37,935 nt of DNA, from positions 1 to 37,935 of the forward strand of contig JBBQSO010000051.1 of the NCBI GenBank assembly GCA_038213805.1, written 5' to 3'. Shown here piece by piece: positions 1 through 8,921 of the stretch. The notes beneath the pieces were generated by a model. It worked only from the letters and a program-made list of their open reading frames with translations. It searched no databases and was not told the origin of the DNA. Source of the stretch: Planctomycetota bacterium. GTDB lineage: Bacteria; Planctomycetota; UBA11346. The translations under genes were made by a program, and so were the position numbers. Position 1 is the first letter of the stretch; each line of letters opens with the position of its first letter.

Positions 1-1844
1 TCGCTGGCCTGGACCACCCCGTCGCCGTTGAGGTCGAGCCACACCCGGCTGCCGTCGTCGGAGCGCGTGGAAAGGTTGGTGCCTCCCGTCGGCACCTGCA
101 GATAGCCGTCCCACTGCACTGAGAAGGTGTCCCAATCGCCGTCGTTGCCGCCGATGCCGAATGCGGCGCGCTCCGCGCCGGTGCCGAAAGCCGGTCCGAC
201 CTGGTTGATGAGCAGGTCGGTGCGGCTGCCAGAGATGGTGCGCGTCACGCGCCAGTCGTCCTCGGTCACCGAGCGCAGGCTCGTGGCGACGAAGCTGGCG
301 GTCGGTCCCACCGCAACGCCCGGCGCCACCACGCCGCCACTGGCCACCGTCACCGTGCCGCCAACCGTGCCGGTGCCGGTCAGGATGCCGCCGGACGCGA
401 CCGTCACCGCGCTGGCGGCGGCGGTGGAGCCGGTGACCGCCAGCGTACCGAGATTGACCAGGGTGATCCCCGTATAGGTGTTGGCCCCCGCCAGCGTGGT
501 GGTGCCGCCCGCCGCGCTGCGTTTGACCGCCCCATCGACGCCCCCGCCATTGCCGAGGCCTGAGATCACCCCGCTGAAAGTCTGGGTGCCCGTCGTATTG
601 GCGCAGGATACTTGGCTGTTGCTGTCGAGCGCGATGCCGCCGGCATAGGTCAGCGTGCTGTCGGTCAGGATCAGCGAGTGGATGCCGCTGTTGGTGGTGT
701 TGGCCAGACTCAGGACGGTGCCGCCGGTGCCCGTGAAGGCGGAGGTGGTAAGCGTAAGGTCGTCGCCATCGTCGGACTCGATGGTGCTGCTGGCGGTGAC
801 CGAGACCGCGTTCGCCAGGGTCGAGGCGCCGGTGTGCAGCAGCGTGCCGCCGTTCAAGATGATGGCGCCGGTGCCCGACAGCGCCCCATCGGTGGGATAG
901 CTGAGCTTGCCGCCGGTGATGGTGGTGCCGCCGCTGTAGGTATTGGTACCGGACAGCACCATCGTCCCGGTGCCCGCCTTGACCAGGGCGAGCGTGCCCG
1001 AGGTGTTCTGGATGGTGCCGGTGATCGACGACCCGCCGCCGGTCTGGCCGATGGTCAGCACCGAAGTCCCGCCCCCGGCGTTGGTGATGGTCCCGGCGCC
1101 CGACAGGGTGTTGAAGGCCTCGCTCCGGCTATTGGTGTCGAAGGTGCCGCTGGTGACCTGGATGGTCGCGTCGTCGTAGAGCTGATCACCACCCGTGCCG
1201 CCCAGTTTGACCGTCGCGCCGTTGATGGTCAGGGTCGCGCCGCCGATGGCATGCACACCCGACGAGCTGGTCTTCGCCAGGATCACCGTGCCCGCGTTGG
1301 CGGTCAGCGCGAAACCGTTGTTGTCTACCGTGCCGCCCAGCGTCAGGGTGTGGGTTCCAGATTTGGTCAGCAGCCCACTCGTGCCAAGCGCGCCGTTCAG
1401 GGTTATCGGCCCGCTGCTGCCGCCGACCCCGTAGACTCCCGAAATGTCGCAGGCCAGCGTCTCCGTTGCGGCACTGTTGTTGGTGATCGCGACGGTGATG
1501 GTGATGCGATTGCCGCCGATGGTGAACGCACCCGCGGTATTGTCGAACGTGATCGAAGCAAAACTGGTGCCGGCACCAAAATCATCGTTCGGCGTCAACC
1601 GCGTGCTGCCCGCGAACACCAGGTCATCGCCCGCCACTGGCGCGGTACCGCCCCAGTTCGCGGCGGTGGTCCAGTTGTCGTCTCCGCCGGCGCCGGTCCA
1701 CGTGCTGGTCGCCGCTGCCAATCCTGAACACGCGGCGAGCGCCAAAACCAAAGCCATCAGGCCATGGTGGATGCAGGTCCGCGCGCGGCGGACGCAGCTG
1801 GTCCGCACGGCCGCGGGACGCGGAAAGTGAGCACATTCGTTCAT
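1..1844 (-). CDS. Secreted autotransporter-associated beta-strand repeat protein with PA14 domain (3' end runs off the window)
   Basis: Absent from the ORF track because there is no stop in the window; translated by hand from ATG 1844 (alternative ATG 1757). Signal-like MALVLALAACSGLAAA, then TWTGAGGDDNWTTAANWGG, repeats such as LVKAGTGTMVLSGTNTYSGGTTITGGKL and GTTTLAGANTYTGITLVNLGTLAV, then PA14-like FSVQWDGYLQVP...STRSDDGSRVWLD. Confidence 0.85.
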   Translation of the reverse strand, partial: MNECAHFPRPAAVRTSCVRRARTCIHHGLMALVLALAACSGLAAATSTWTGAGGDDNWTTAANWGGTAPVAGDDLVFAGSTRLTPNDDFGAGTSFASITFDNTAGAFTIGGNRITITVAITNNSAATETLACDISGVYGVGGSSGPITLNGALGTSGLLTKSGTHTLTLGGTVDNNGFALTANAGTVILAKTSSSGVHAIGGATLTINGATVKLGGTGGDQLYDDATIQVTSGTFDTNSRSEAFNTLSGAGTITNAGGGTSVLTIGQTGGGSSITGTIQNTSGTLALVKAGTGTMVLSGTNTYSGGTTITGGKLSYPTDGALSGTGAIILNGGTLLHTGASTLANAVSVTASSTIESDDGDDLTLTTSAFTGTGGTVLSLANTTNSGIHSLILTDSTLTYAGGIALDSNSQVSCANTTGTQTFSGVISGLGNGGGVDGAVKRSAAGGTTTLAGANTYTGITLVNLGTLAVTGSTAAASAVTVASGGILTGTGTVGGTVTVASGGVVAPGVAVGPTASFVATSLRSVTEDDWRVTRTISGSRTDLLINQVGPAFGTGAERAAFGIGGNDGDWDTFSVQWDGYLQVPTGGTNLSTRSDDGSRVWLDLNGDGVVQAS

Positions 1845-2021
1845 GCGTTCGTTAGCGGAAGGATACCTCGCAAACGCCGCTGACACCAATCGCACTTTGG
1901 CTAGGCCCAGAAAGCCTATCGTGACATGACTTAGAGCTTTTCGCCCAGACGGGGTTGGGGTCCGATCGGCAGCCACGTGGGCGTGACGAGGCCACGTCGC
2001 CCCGCATGGGGGCCGCCGGCC

Positions 2022-4343
2022 TCAATGCACGAAATCCGTCGCCTTCGCCACCTCGACCAGGTACCCCCAGATCGACTCGAACTGGTCCTTCGCCTTGCCA
2101 TCCAGGATGGTGGTGATCGGCGTGGTGCCGTCCGGCGAAAATTGCGGCATGCGCGACAGCGGGTCGAAGCGCAGCGGCGCGCGCAGCCAGCGGTGGTAGT
2201 AGTCCTTCTGCAGACGCTGGGTGGCGTAGCCCAGGTTGACGCCCGGCGCTTCGAAGACCGCGGTGGGCGGTGCCGTGCCGATGCCGTGGCAGGCCGCGCA
2301 GTTGAAGCCGCCGGTGGGCGAGACCAGGTCCTTGCCGAACGAGGCGGGCGGGTCGATGACTACGGGGTCAGCGGGCGTCACCGGGGGCAGGCCGTGTTGC
2401 AGACTGAAGCCCTGGGCGAGCAGGTCGGCGGCGGCGGGGAAGGCCGGCATGCGCATCTGCAGCCACGGGCGCGGCCGGTACGTCAGCTCGCCGGCGATGA
2501 ATTTCGTCGCCCATTCCGGGCGCAGCTTGTCGCCGATGAACGTTAGCAGCGGGCGCGGCTGCTCGAACGCGCCGGTCGCGCCGTCGGTGTTGGCCGCATC
2601 GGGCTTGGGCGGCAGGTCGGCGAGAATCTTGTCGGCCGCAGGCTTGTAGTCGGCGAGCAACGCCTCGTTGGTGTCTCGGGTGTGGCAGGCGGCGCAGCGC
2701 AGTGCGGCGAAGCGGCGCTCGGCGAACTCGGGCAGATTGCGCCGCTTGAGCGCGGCCAGGTCGGTGGCGAGGATGGCGCGCAGGCCGGAGATGTCGGGGC
2801 CGCTGAGGGTGAACTCCGGCGCCTTGCCGCGCGCCGCGTCATCACCGCCGGTGGCCAGGCAGCCGGCCGCGGTCTTGCCCGCGAGGTCAGCAAGCTTGGG
2901 CGCGGCCGGCGGAGCGAAGCCCTCGCCGAGCTGATGACAGCCCGCGCAGCCCGAGCTCGCGACCAGCGCCTTGCCGCGCGCGGCGTCGCCGGCCAGGACC
3001 TTGGCATCCTTGCCCGCGTCCTGATCGGCGCGGGACAGCACAAAGGCGGCGAGCTGCTTCGCCTCGTCGTCGGTGAAGCCGAAGTTCGGCATGCGGATCC
3101 ACGCGTAGTGCTTGTTCGGCTGCTTGAGGAACTCGGCGAGCGCGGCCGGCTGCCACTTGGCCTTCACCCCGGCGAGCGAGATGTGCGCGGGCGTGTCGCC
3201 GGCGGGCGCGTGGCAGGCCACGCAGCCGAGCTTGGTGAAGATGTAACCGCCGGCGATGCGCTGTTCGTCGCTCGCCGCGAAGTCCGCGGCCTTGCCAAGG
3301 GTGGCGAGGAAGGCGGCGATGTCGGCTGCGGCCTGCGGCGCGTCGGTGCCGTGCAGCAACCGCGGCATGGCCGCGCCCGGGCGCAGCGCCTGGGGGTCGG
3401 CGATCCAGCGCGCCATCCACGCGGCGTTGAACTGGCCACCGGCCTCGCGCAGGTCGGGCGCGTCAGTGGCCAGCTCGGGCAGGCCGCCGGCCGCGGCGCT
3501 GGCATCGCTCTGGTGGCACTTCGTGCAGCGCAGCGCGCCGAGCTGGGCGAGGCCGTGGTGCTGCTTGAGCGCGGCTTTGAACGGCTTGTCGGCGACGTTG
3601 TGCACGAAGACCGTGGGTGGCACCGGCTCGCGCGGGATGTCGCGGGTCTCCCAGAACAGGCGCGCGCGCGCCACACCGCTGGCCGGCGCGGTATAGGTGA
3701 TGCGCACGCGCGTCCTGCCCTTGTCGACCTTGATGGTGCCGGTCGGGCCAGCCAGGTCGGGACCCGGGCAGGTCAGTATCGCTTTGTCATTGAGGGTCAG
3801 GGTGAGCGCGCCGCTGCCTTCGGCCGAGAAAGTGGTCTTCTCCCAGATGTCCTTGGTGATGTAGCCCTCCCAGGTCGCGATGAAGGGACCGGGGGCGACG
3901 AAGGGCGAGGCCGCTTCGTGATCAGGCACGTAGAGGGCGGCCAGGCGCGCGCTGCGCAGGTCGGTCCCGCCGCCGGCAGCGCTGGTCACGCCGAAGGTCA
4001 GGCCGGGTTCGAGCTTTTCGTCAGCCGGCTTGTCGGGGGTTGCTGGCGGTGGGGTGACCGCGACCGGGGACCCGGTACCGGCAGTGGGGGTGCCGGTTGC
4101 GGTTGCGGGCGTCGTGCCCGGGGCCTGGCTGGTCGCGGACGTCGCGTGCTCTGCTACCACGCCTGCACCAGCCGCGGAACCAGCGCCGGTCGCAACCGGC
4201 GGTGCGCCACGCCCGGCAAGCAGCAGCGCCCCCGCGCCGACGATGGCCAGCAACGCGACCGCGAGTGCGACCCGGGCCTGGGTGCGGCCCGGCGGGCGCG
4301 GCATGTCGTCATCGGATCCGGGGGTCTGCTCAACGGTGCTCAC
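2022..4343 (-). CDS. Membrane-anchored multiheme c-type cytochrome (5 CxxCH) with N-terminal PA14-like domain
   Basis: N-terminal hydrophobic helix, Ala/Thr/Pro linker, PA14-like segment (GPFIATWEGYI...ARLFWE), heme motifs CTKCH, CVACH, CAGCH, CAACH, CAACH, and downstream MP motifs (AMPR, RMPNF, RMPAF, RMPQF) typical of Met axial ligands. Confidence 0.85.
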   Translation of the reverse strand: MSTVEQTPGSDDDMPRPPGRTQARVALAVALLAIVGAGALLLAGRGAPPVATGAGSAAGAGVVAEHATSATSQAPGTTPATATGTPTAGTGSPVAVTPPPATPDKPADEKLEPGLTFGVTSAAGGGTDLRSARLAALYVPDHEAASPFVAPGPFIATWEGYITKDIWEKTTFSAEGSGALTLTLNDKAILTCPGPDLAGPTGTIKVDKGRTRVRITYTAPASGVARARLFWETRDIPREPVPPTVFVHNVADKPFKAALKQHHGLAQLGALRCTKCHQSDASAAAGGLPELATDAPDLREAGGQFNAAWMARWIADPQALRPGAAMPRLLHGTDAPQAAADIAAFLATLGKAADFAASDEQRIAGGYIFTKLGCVACHAPAGDTPAHISLAGVKAKWQPAALAEFLKQPNKHYAWIRMPNFGFTDDEAKQLAAFVLSRADQDAGKDAKVLAGDAARGKALVASSGCAGCHQLGEGFAPPAAPKLADLAGKTAAGCLATGGDDAARGKAPEFTLSGPDISGLRAILATDLAALKRRNLPEFAERRFAALRCAACHTRDTNEALLADYKPAADKILADLPPKPDAANTDGATGAFEQPRPLLTFIGDKLRPEWATKFIAGELTYRPRPWLQMRMPAFPAAADLLAQGFSLQHGLPPVTPADPVVIDPPASFGKDLVSPTGGFNCAACHGIGTAPPTAVFEAPGVNLGYATQRLQKDYYHRWLRAPLRFDPLSRMPQFSPDGTTPITTILDGKAKDQFESIWGYLVEVAKATDFVH

Positions 4344-4447
4344 CGGGAACTCCTCATCGCGCTCAACGACGCGAAGCTGACCGTTATGGCCAGCTTCGTC
4401 CAGTCACTTTCCGGCGTGGTCTGCCGCGGCGGACCGCAGCGGTGGAA

Positions 4448-4486
4448 GTGCCGGTCGCGCCCGCCCACGGCGCGCGCGACCGGTAC
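4448..4486 (-). terminator. GC-rich hairpin between the PA14/propeller gene and the cytochrome c gene
   Basis: GTGCCGGTCGCGC (4448-4460) pairs with GCGCGACCGGTAC (4474-4486) with one mismatch, just downstream of the stop at 4502; no U-tract. Confidence 0.35.
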
Positions 4487-4501
4487 CCCCCGGGGCCACC
4501 A

Positions 4502-7309
4502 TCAGGGCCCGGACTTCTCGCCCACCACGTTCACGGTGCCGTAGAAGTCCTGACTGATCTCGGTGCCGTCGGCGGCCGCGATGTGCGCGCTGAGCTTCAT
4601 CTGCATCACCGGCTTGATCGCCGGGATCTCAAGGAACACCGTCTTGCCGTCGGCCGACAGGGTGATCGCGGTGATGTCCACCGGATCATGTCCCGCCTGC
4701 TTGTTCTCGGTGCTCGGCTTCATCTCCGGCGAGCCGTAGTTGCCGGTCCACAGGTAGTTCCACTCGGTGGCCGTCCAGTTGGCCTTGTCGGCCGCCAGGG
4801 CACGGTCGAGCGGTACCTGGTATGTCAGCGAGATGCCGTTCTTCTTGACCACGTAGCCGACCGGCATGGTCATGGGCTTGCCGGTATAGCGCACGCGCTG
4901 GAAGCCGCCGTCGCGGGTACCGTTGGTCTGCCAGCCCTTGAGGCCGCACAGGTACAGCTGGCCGTCCTGGGTGTTGAAGCGGGCGCGCATCATGCCGGTG
5001 TTGAAGCTGACCGGGATCTTCACTGCGCCGCCCTGGGGCATGGTGCCCTCCTTGCTCCACGGGACCAGGAACAGCGAGCTGGTGCCATACGAGAGGTGGA
5101 CCAGGCTGCCCTTGGGCGCGCCCCACTTGTCGCCGCTCACCCAGGCCTGGCCGCCGCACGAGTTGTCGATGCCGCCATGGGGCAGCCAGAAGATCGGCTT
5201 GTCGTAGTCGGTCGGCACGACCTTGCGGTGCGCGAGGTCGGGCACGCCGTAGAAGCCGCCCTTCTCGACCAGATTGATGCGCGAGGTCGGGGTCCAGGTG
5301 CCCTCGTTGTCGCCAGTGGTGATCTGGCCGTCGGGGCCGACGCTCATGCCGTTGGGGGCGCGGAAGCCGGTGGCGTAGACCTCCGACGTGCTGCCATCCT
5401 TCGAGACTTTCAACATCACGCCGTTGTGCTCGCCGATGGTCTCCCATCCGCGGCCGCCAGCGCGCACCGGGCCCGCCTTGGCGTAGTAGAAGTTGCCCTG
5501 GGGATCGGTCTGCAGGTCGAAGGCGAACTCATGGAAGGCCGGCGTGGTGTGCACGTCGCCGTTGAAGTTCTCGTAGAAGTCGGCTTCGCCGTCGTTGTTG
5601 AGGTCCTTGAGGCGCACGATGCCGTCGCGGCAGGTGAGGTAAACCTGATCGGCGACGATCTTGAGGCCGAGCGGCTGGTGCAGGCCGGCCGCGAAGCGCC
5701 GCCAGCTGACCTTCTCAAGGCCGGCATCGATGCCGGAGACCACCCACACGTCACCGTTCCAGGTGCTGACCGCGGCGCGCCCATCGCTGAAGAAGTCGAA
5801 GCCGGTCAGGCGCATCTTCGACTTGAAGGGGTTCTCCTCGGGAATGGTGATGGTGTCGACCACGTAGGCCGCCTCACCCTCGCCCTTCACGCCCTTGGTC
5901 TCGATCGGCTGCGCCCAGTGCGGCGGTCCGCCCTTGGTCAGGGTCACCGGATCGGTGATGGTCGCGGCGCCCTTGAGCAGGGTGGCCAGGTCGGCGGCCT
6001 TCTCGGCGCTGATCACCAGCTTGAAGACCCCGGCCTTGAGCGCGGGCACCTTCATGACGATGCGGTTGTCGACCACCGCCAGGGTGACGCCCGCGGGCGC
6101 GCCGACCAGGCCGGCGCTGACGCGGTGCTCACCGGCGGTGAGCTCGGCGAGCGCGCCGTCGAGGGCGCCCTTGCCCTCGGGCAGCTCGGCGACCACCATG
6201 GTCGCGGCGGCGGCGAAGCCGCTGAGGTTGAAGGTCCGGCTGATGGCCTTGCCGGCGCCTTCAAAGGCGGGCAGCTCGAGCACCGTGCCAGCGCCGACGG
6301 TGTACGAGAACACCACCTGGTCACCGTACTGGTAGAGGCCCTTGAAGTGCGCCCAGTCGGCCGGCAGGGGGCCGAACGGCTCGCTGCGCGGATCAGCGAA
6401 GCTGTCGCCCTTGGCCCAGCCCGGGCCGACCGGGGTGCCGAACATCTGGGTACCGTTGACCAGCGGGCCGGGCACGCCGTGCGCGCCGTCATAGGCGACG
6501 CCCTTGAGTTCGAGGTAGCCACCCGTCCAGCCAGCCGCGACCCGCAGCAGGTCGCTGTCGAAGGCCACCGCCCCGACCACGGCCTCGTCGCCGGCGCCGG
6601 CGGTGAGCTTCACCGCGGTGCCCTTGATGGCGATGTTCTTGCCGGGGGCCTCGATGGTGTCAGCGATGAAGGGGCCGTACTGGGTCTCGTAGAACCAGCC
6701 AGCGCCCACGCCGCCGCCGCCCTTGCGCTTCTTCCAGGCGGCCTGATCCCAGGCGATCTGCGCCTCGACGCCATTGGCGTGCTTGAGCGCGCTGCCCGGG
6801 ACCGGGATGTCGTCGCCGCCACCAGGCGCCTTCCACAGCAGGCGGCAGCCGGCGCCGCCGGTGCCCTGGTAGTATTCGACCAGGATGGGATGGTCGCCGG
6901 CGCCGAGTTCGACCTGGCCTTCCTTGCGGATCATCCCGTGCGGGCCGCCGTTATCGACCACCTGCTTGCCGTCGACGGACACCCGCGACCCGTCATCGGA
7001 CTCGGTCGCCAGGGTGTAGGTGCCGGCCTTCTCGATGTGCAGCACGCCCGTCCAGCGCGCGTAGAAATCCGTGCTCAAGCGGGTCTTGTGGAACTCGCCA
7101 TCGGTGCTCGCGAAGTTGATGTCCTTGTCGACGCGCACCAGGGTCGGCTTCTTGTCTGCGGCAAGCGCCGGGAAGTCGCCCACCGTGGCGTCCATCGCGA
7201 AGTACTCACCGACCAGGCCGGGGGCGAGTTCGGCGGCGCCGGCGCCGGCTACTGCGGCAAGGAGGGAGACGAGCGAGGTGAGGCGGAATCCGGTGCGGGC
7301 GGAAATCAT
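4502..7309 (-). CDS. Exported PA14 domain + DUF6797-like domain + glucose/sorbosone dehydrogenase-like beta-propeller protein
   Basis: Real start probably ATG 7309 (MISARTGFRLTSLVSLLAAVAGAGAAE, signal peptide). PA14 motifs GLVGEYF...DFYARWTG...ESDDGSRVSVDG; YGPF...AVAFDSDLLRVAAGW segment; propeller repeats (W RRFAAGLHQPLGL, DLNNDGEADFYE, YATGFRAPNG, GDNEGTW). No CxxCH. Confidence 0.75.
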   Translation of the reverse strand: MISARTGFRLTSLVSLLAAVAGAGAAELAPGLVGEYFAMDATVGDFPALAADKKPTLVRVDKDINFASTDGEFHKTRLSTDFYARWTGVLHIEKAGTYTLATESDDGSRVSVDGKQVVDNGGPHGMIRKEGQVELGAGDHPILVEYYQGTGGAGCRLLWKAPGGGDDIPVPGSALKHANGVEAQIAWDQAAWKKRKGGGGVGAGWFYETQYGPFIADTIEAPGKNIAIKGTAVKLTAGAGDEAVVGAVAFDSDLLRVAAGWTGGYLELKGVAYDGAHGVPGPLVNGTQMFGTPVGPGWAKGDSFADPRSEPFGPLPADWAHFKGLYQYGDQVVFSYTVGAGTVLELPAFEGAGKAISRTFNLSGFAAAATMVVAELPEGKGALDGALAELTAGEHRVSAGLVGAPAGVTLAVVDNRIVMKVPALKAGVFKLVISAEKAADLATLLKGAATITDPVTLTKGGPPHWAQPIETKGVKGEGEAAYVVDTITIPEENPFKSKMRLTGFDFFSDGRAAVSTWNGDVWVVSGIDAGLEKVSWRRFAAGLHQPLGLKIVADQVYLTCRDGIVRLKDLNNDGEADFYENFNGDVHTTPAFHEFAFDLQTDPQGNFYYAKAGPVRAGGRGWETIGEHNGVMLKVSKDGSTSEVYATGFRAPNGMSVGPDGQITTGDNEGTWTPTSRINLVEKGGFYGVPDLAHRKVVPTDYDKPIFWLPHGGIDNSCGGQAWVSGDKWGAPKGSLVHLSYGTSSLFLVPWSKEGTMPQGGAVKIPVSFNTGMMRARFNTQDGQLYLCGLKGWQTNGTRDGGFQRVRYTGKPMTMPVGYVVKKNGISLTYQVPLDRALAADKANWTATEWNYLWTGNYGSPEMKPSTENKQAGHDPVDITAITLSADGKTVFLEIPAIKPVMQMKLSAHIAAADGTEISQDFYGTVNVVGEKSGP

Positions 7310-7789
7310 GAGCTGCGGTCCTGGGTGGTGATGGCGTCGGGCGGCAGGGCGCCGGGCGCAGGGGACGGGAAATGGGAAGAGCATGATACCGGCGAGGACG
7401 ACCAACGTGGACGGGAATATCGCCTGCGGAAGGACGTCCGATCCGGGTCGCGACGTGGTGCGGAAGGGCCTCTTCAATACCCCGCGAGGGGTCGCACTGT
7501 ACATCCCCGATCGCCAGGATGGAACAGCTTTCCGCCCCTCGGCGCCTGCTGCGGAACGGCCGGTTGGTGGGGTCGTGACGGCGGGCAGCGACTTCGCCAT
7601 GCGCCCGCACCTGCGATCTGCGGTTGCGCCGATGCGTGAGGGCGCACACTTCCCCCCGTCGTCGTGCGCGCCCCGGCACGACCCCTTGGCCACCCGCGCC
7701 GGAGCGCCGGTCGACGCCGACAGTCCCGCGCGGATTGCCGGCGCCACCCGACGCCCCCACCCACCCCCGCGGACGGAGACGTCGCGCCC

Positions 7790-8788
7790 ATGGATTCCAG
7801 CCCCTCCAACGCGCCGCTGCCCGTCGGCGATGTGCTCGCCGCGCACCCGCTGCTCGCCGGGGTGCTGGCGGTCTTCGCCTTCCTGCACCTGGTCTTCGCC
7901 GGCCTGACCGTGGGCGGCGTGCTGTTCACCCTGGTCTACCAGCTGCGCGGCCTGGCGGTGCGCGATTACGACCTCCTCGCACGCGACCTCTCCGGCCCGC
8001 TGATCGTGCTGATGAACCTCGCGGCGCTCACCGGCGTGGTCGAGATCATGCTCGGCACCACCCTGTATCCGGTGCCGTTCTACGAGGGCAGCTCGCCGAT
8101 CGGCAGCATCTGGCCGCTGCTGCTGCCGCCGCTCGCCGCTGCCTTCGCGGTCACCTGGCTGCACCAGCGGAGCTGGGATGCGCTGGCCCGTCACAAGGGC
8201 CTGCATGTGACCCTGATCGCCACCGCCGCGGTGCTGTTCCTGGCGGTGCAGCTGATCTCCATCACGGGGCTCGACTGCGCACTGCAGGGCGGCAAGCAGG
8301 CCCTGCGCTTCGCCGACGCGGCGCTGCTGCCGGCCGTGCTGCCGCACTTCCTCCACCTGGTGCTGGCCAGTCTGACGCTCAGTGCGGTGTTCCTGATGCG
8401 CGTGGTCGGTCGCAGCACTTACGCGGTCACCGGCCGTTTCCGCGCCCTCACCCGCACCGAGATCAAGACCCAGCTGGCGAGCGTCGCCCTGGCCACACTC
8501 GCACTCCAGGTATTGGCCGGTCCGCTGCTCTACGTCGCCGGCGCGGGCGTACACGACCTGCGCTACCACCTTGCCATCGGCCTGGGCGTCCTCTTCGCGC
8601 TGCCCGCGCTCCACTGGCTGTGGCAGGAGGTCACCGTGCCCACGCGCGGACCCGGCCGGCGCTACGGCTACATCGCCGGTACGCTCGCACTCGCCATGCT
8701 GTTCATGGTCGTCGCGCGCCAGCTCACCCACGCCGCGCACTTCACCCCGAAGGTCGCGGTCGCCGAGGCCCCGGCCGCCGCGCATTGA
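7790..8788 (+). CDS. Polytopic membrane protein, cytochrome bd subunit I N-terminal-like (putative heme b binding)
   Basis: ATG 7790 with upstream GGAG; about 8 hydrophobic helices with intramembrane His (FLHLVFAGLTVGG, KGLHVTL, LPHFLHLVLASL). Family assignment from motif recall. Confidence 0.55.
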   Translation: MDSSPSNAPLPVGDVLAAHPLLAGVLAVFAFLHLVFAGLTVGGVLFTLVYQLRGLAVRDYDLLARDLSGPLIVLMNLAALTGVVEIMLGTTLYPVPFYEGSSPIGSIWPLLLPPLAAAFAVTWLHQRSWDALARHKGLHVTLIATAAVLFLAVQLISITGLDCALQGGKQALRFADAALLPAVLPHFLHLVLASLTLSAVFLMRVVGRSTYAVTGRFRALTRTEIKTQLASVALATLALQVLAGPLLYVAGAGVHDLRYHLAIGLGVLFALPALHWLWQEVTVPTRGPGRRYGYIAGTLALAMLFMVVARQLTHAAHFTPKVAVAEAPAAAH

Positions 8789-8821
8789 ACGAGCACCTGG
8801 TCCAAGGTCGTTCGGGATAGA

Positions 8822-8915
8822 AACGCAGAGCGCGCAGAGCGGCCGGCACAGGGTCCCAAGTGCCGAGCCCTTCGCCGCTGCGGCCCTGAGCCCCCGCCTC
8901 TGCGCGCTCAGCGTT
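8822..8915. repeat. REP-like inverted repeat / bidirectional terminator between convergent genes
   Basis: AACGCAGAGCGCGCAGAG (8822-8839) and CTCTGCGCGCTCAGCGTT (8898-8915) are reverse complements with one mismatch. Confidence 0.6.
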
Positions 8916-8921
8916 AATCGG

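Noticed and set aside
1845..2021. Riboswitch or ncRNA upstream of the autotransporter-repeat gene
   Set aside because: Only an imperfect GC-rich hairpin near 1967-2020; no recognisable riboswitch consensus.
4097..7639. 1180-aa plus-strand ORF
   Set aside because: Antisense shadow of the PA14/propeller gene; no motifs; expected in high-GC DNA.
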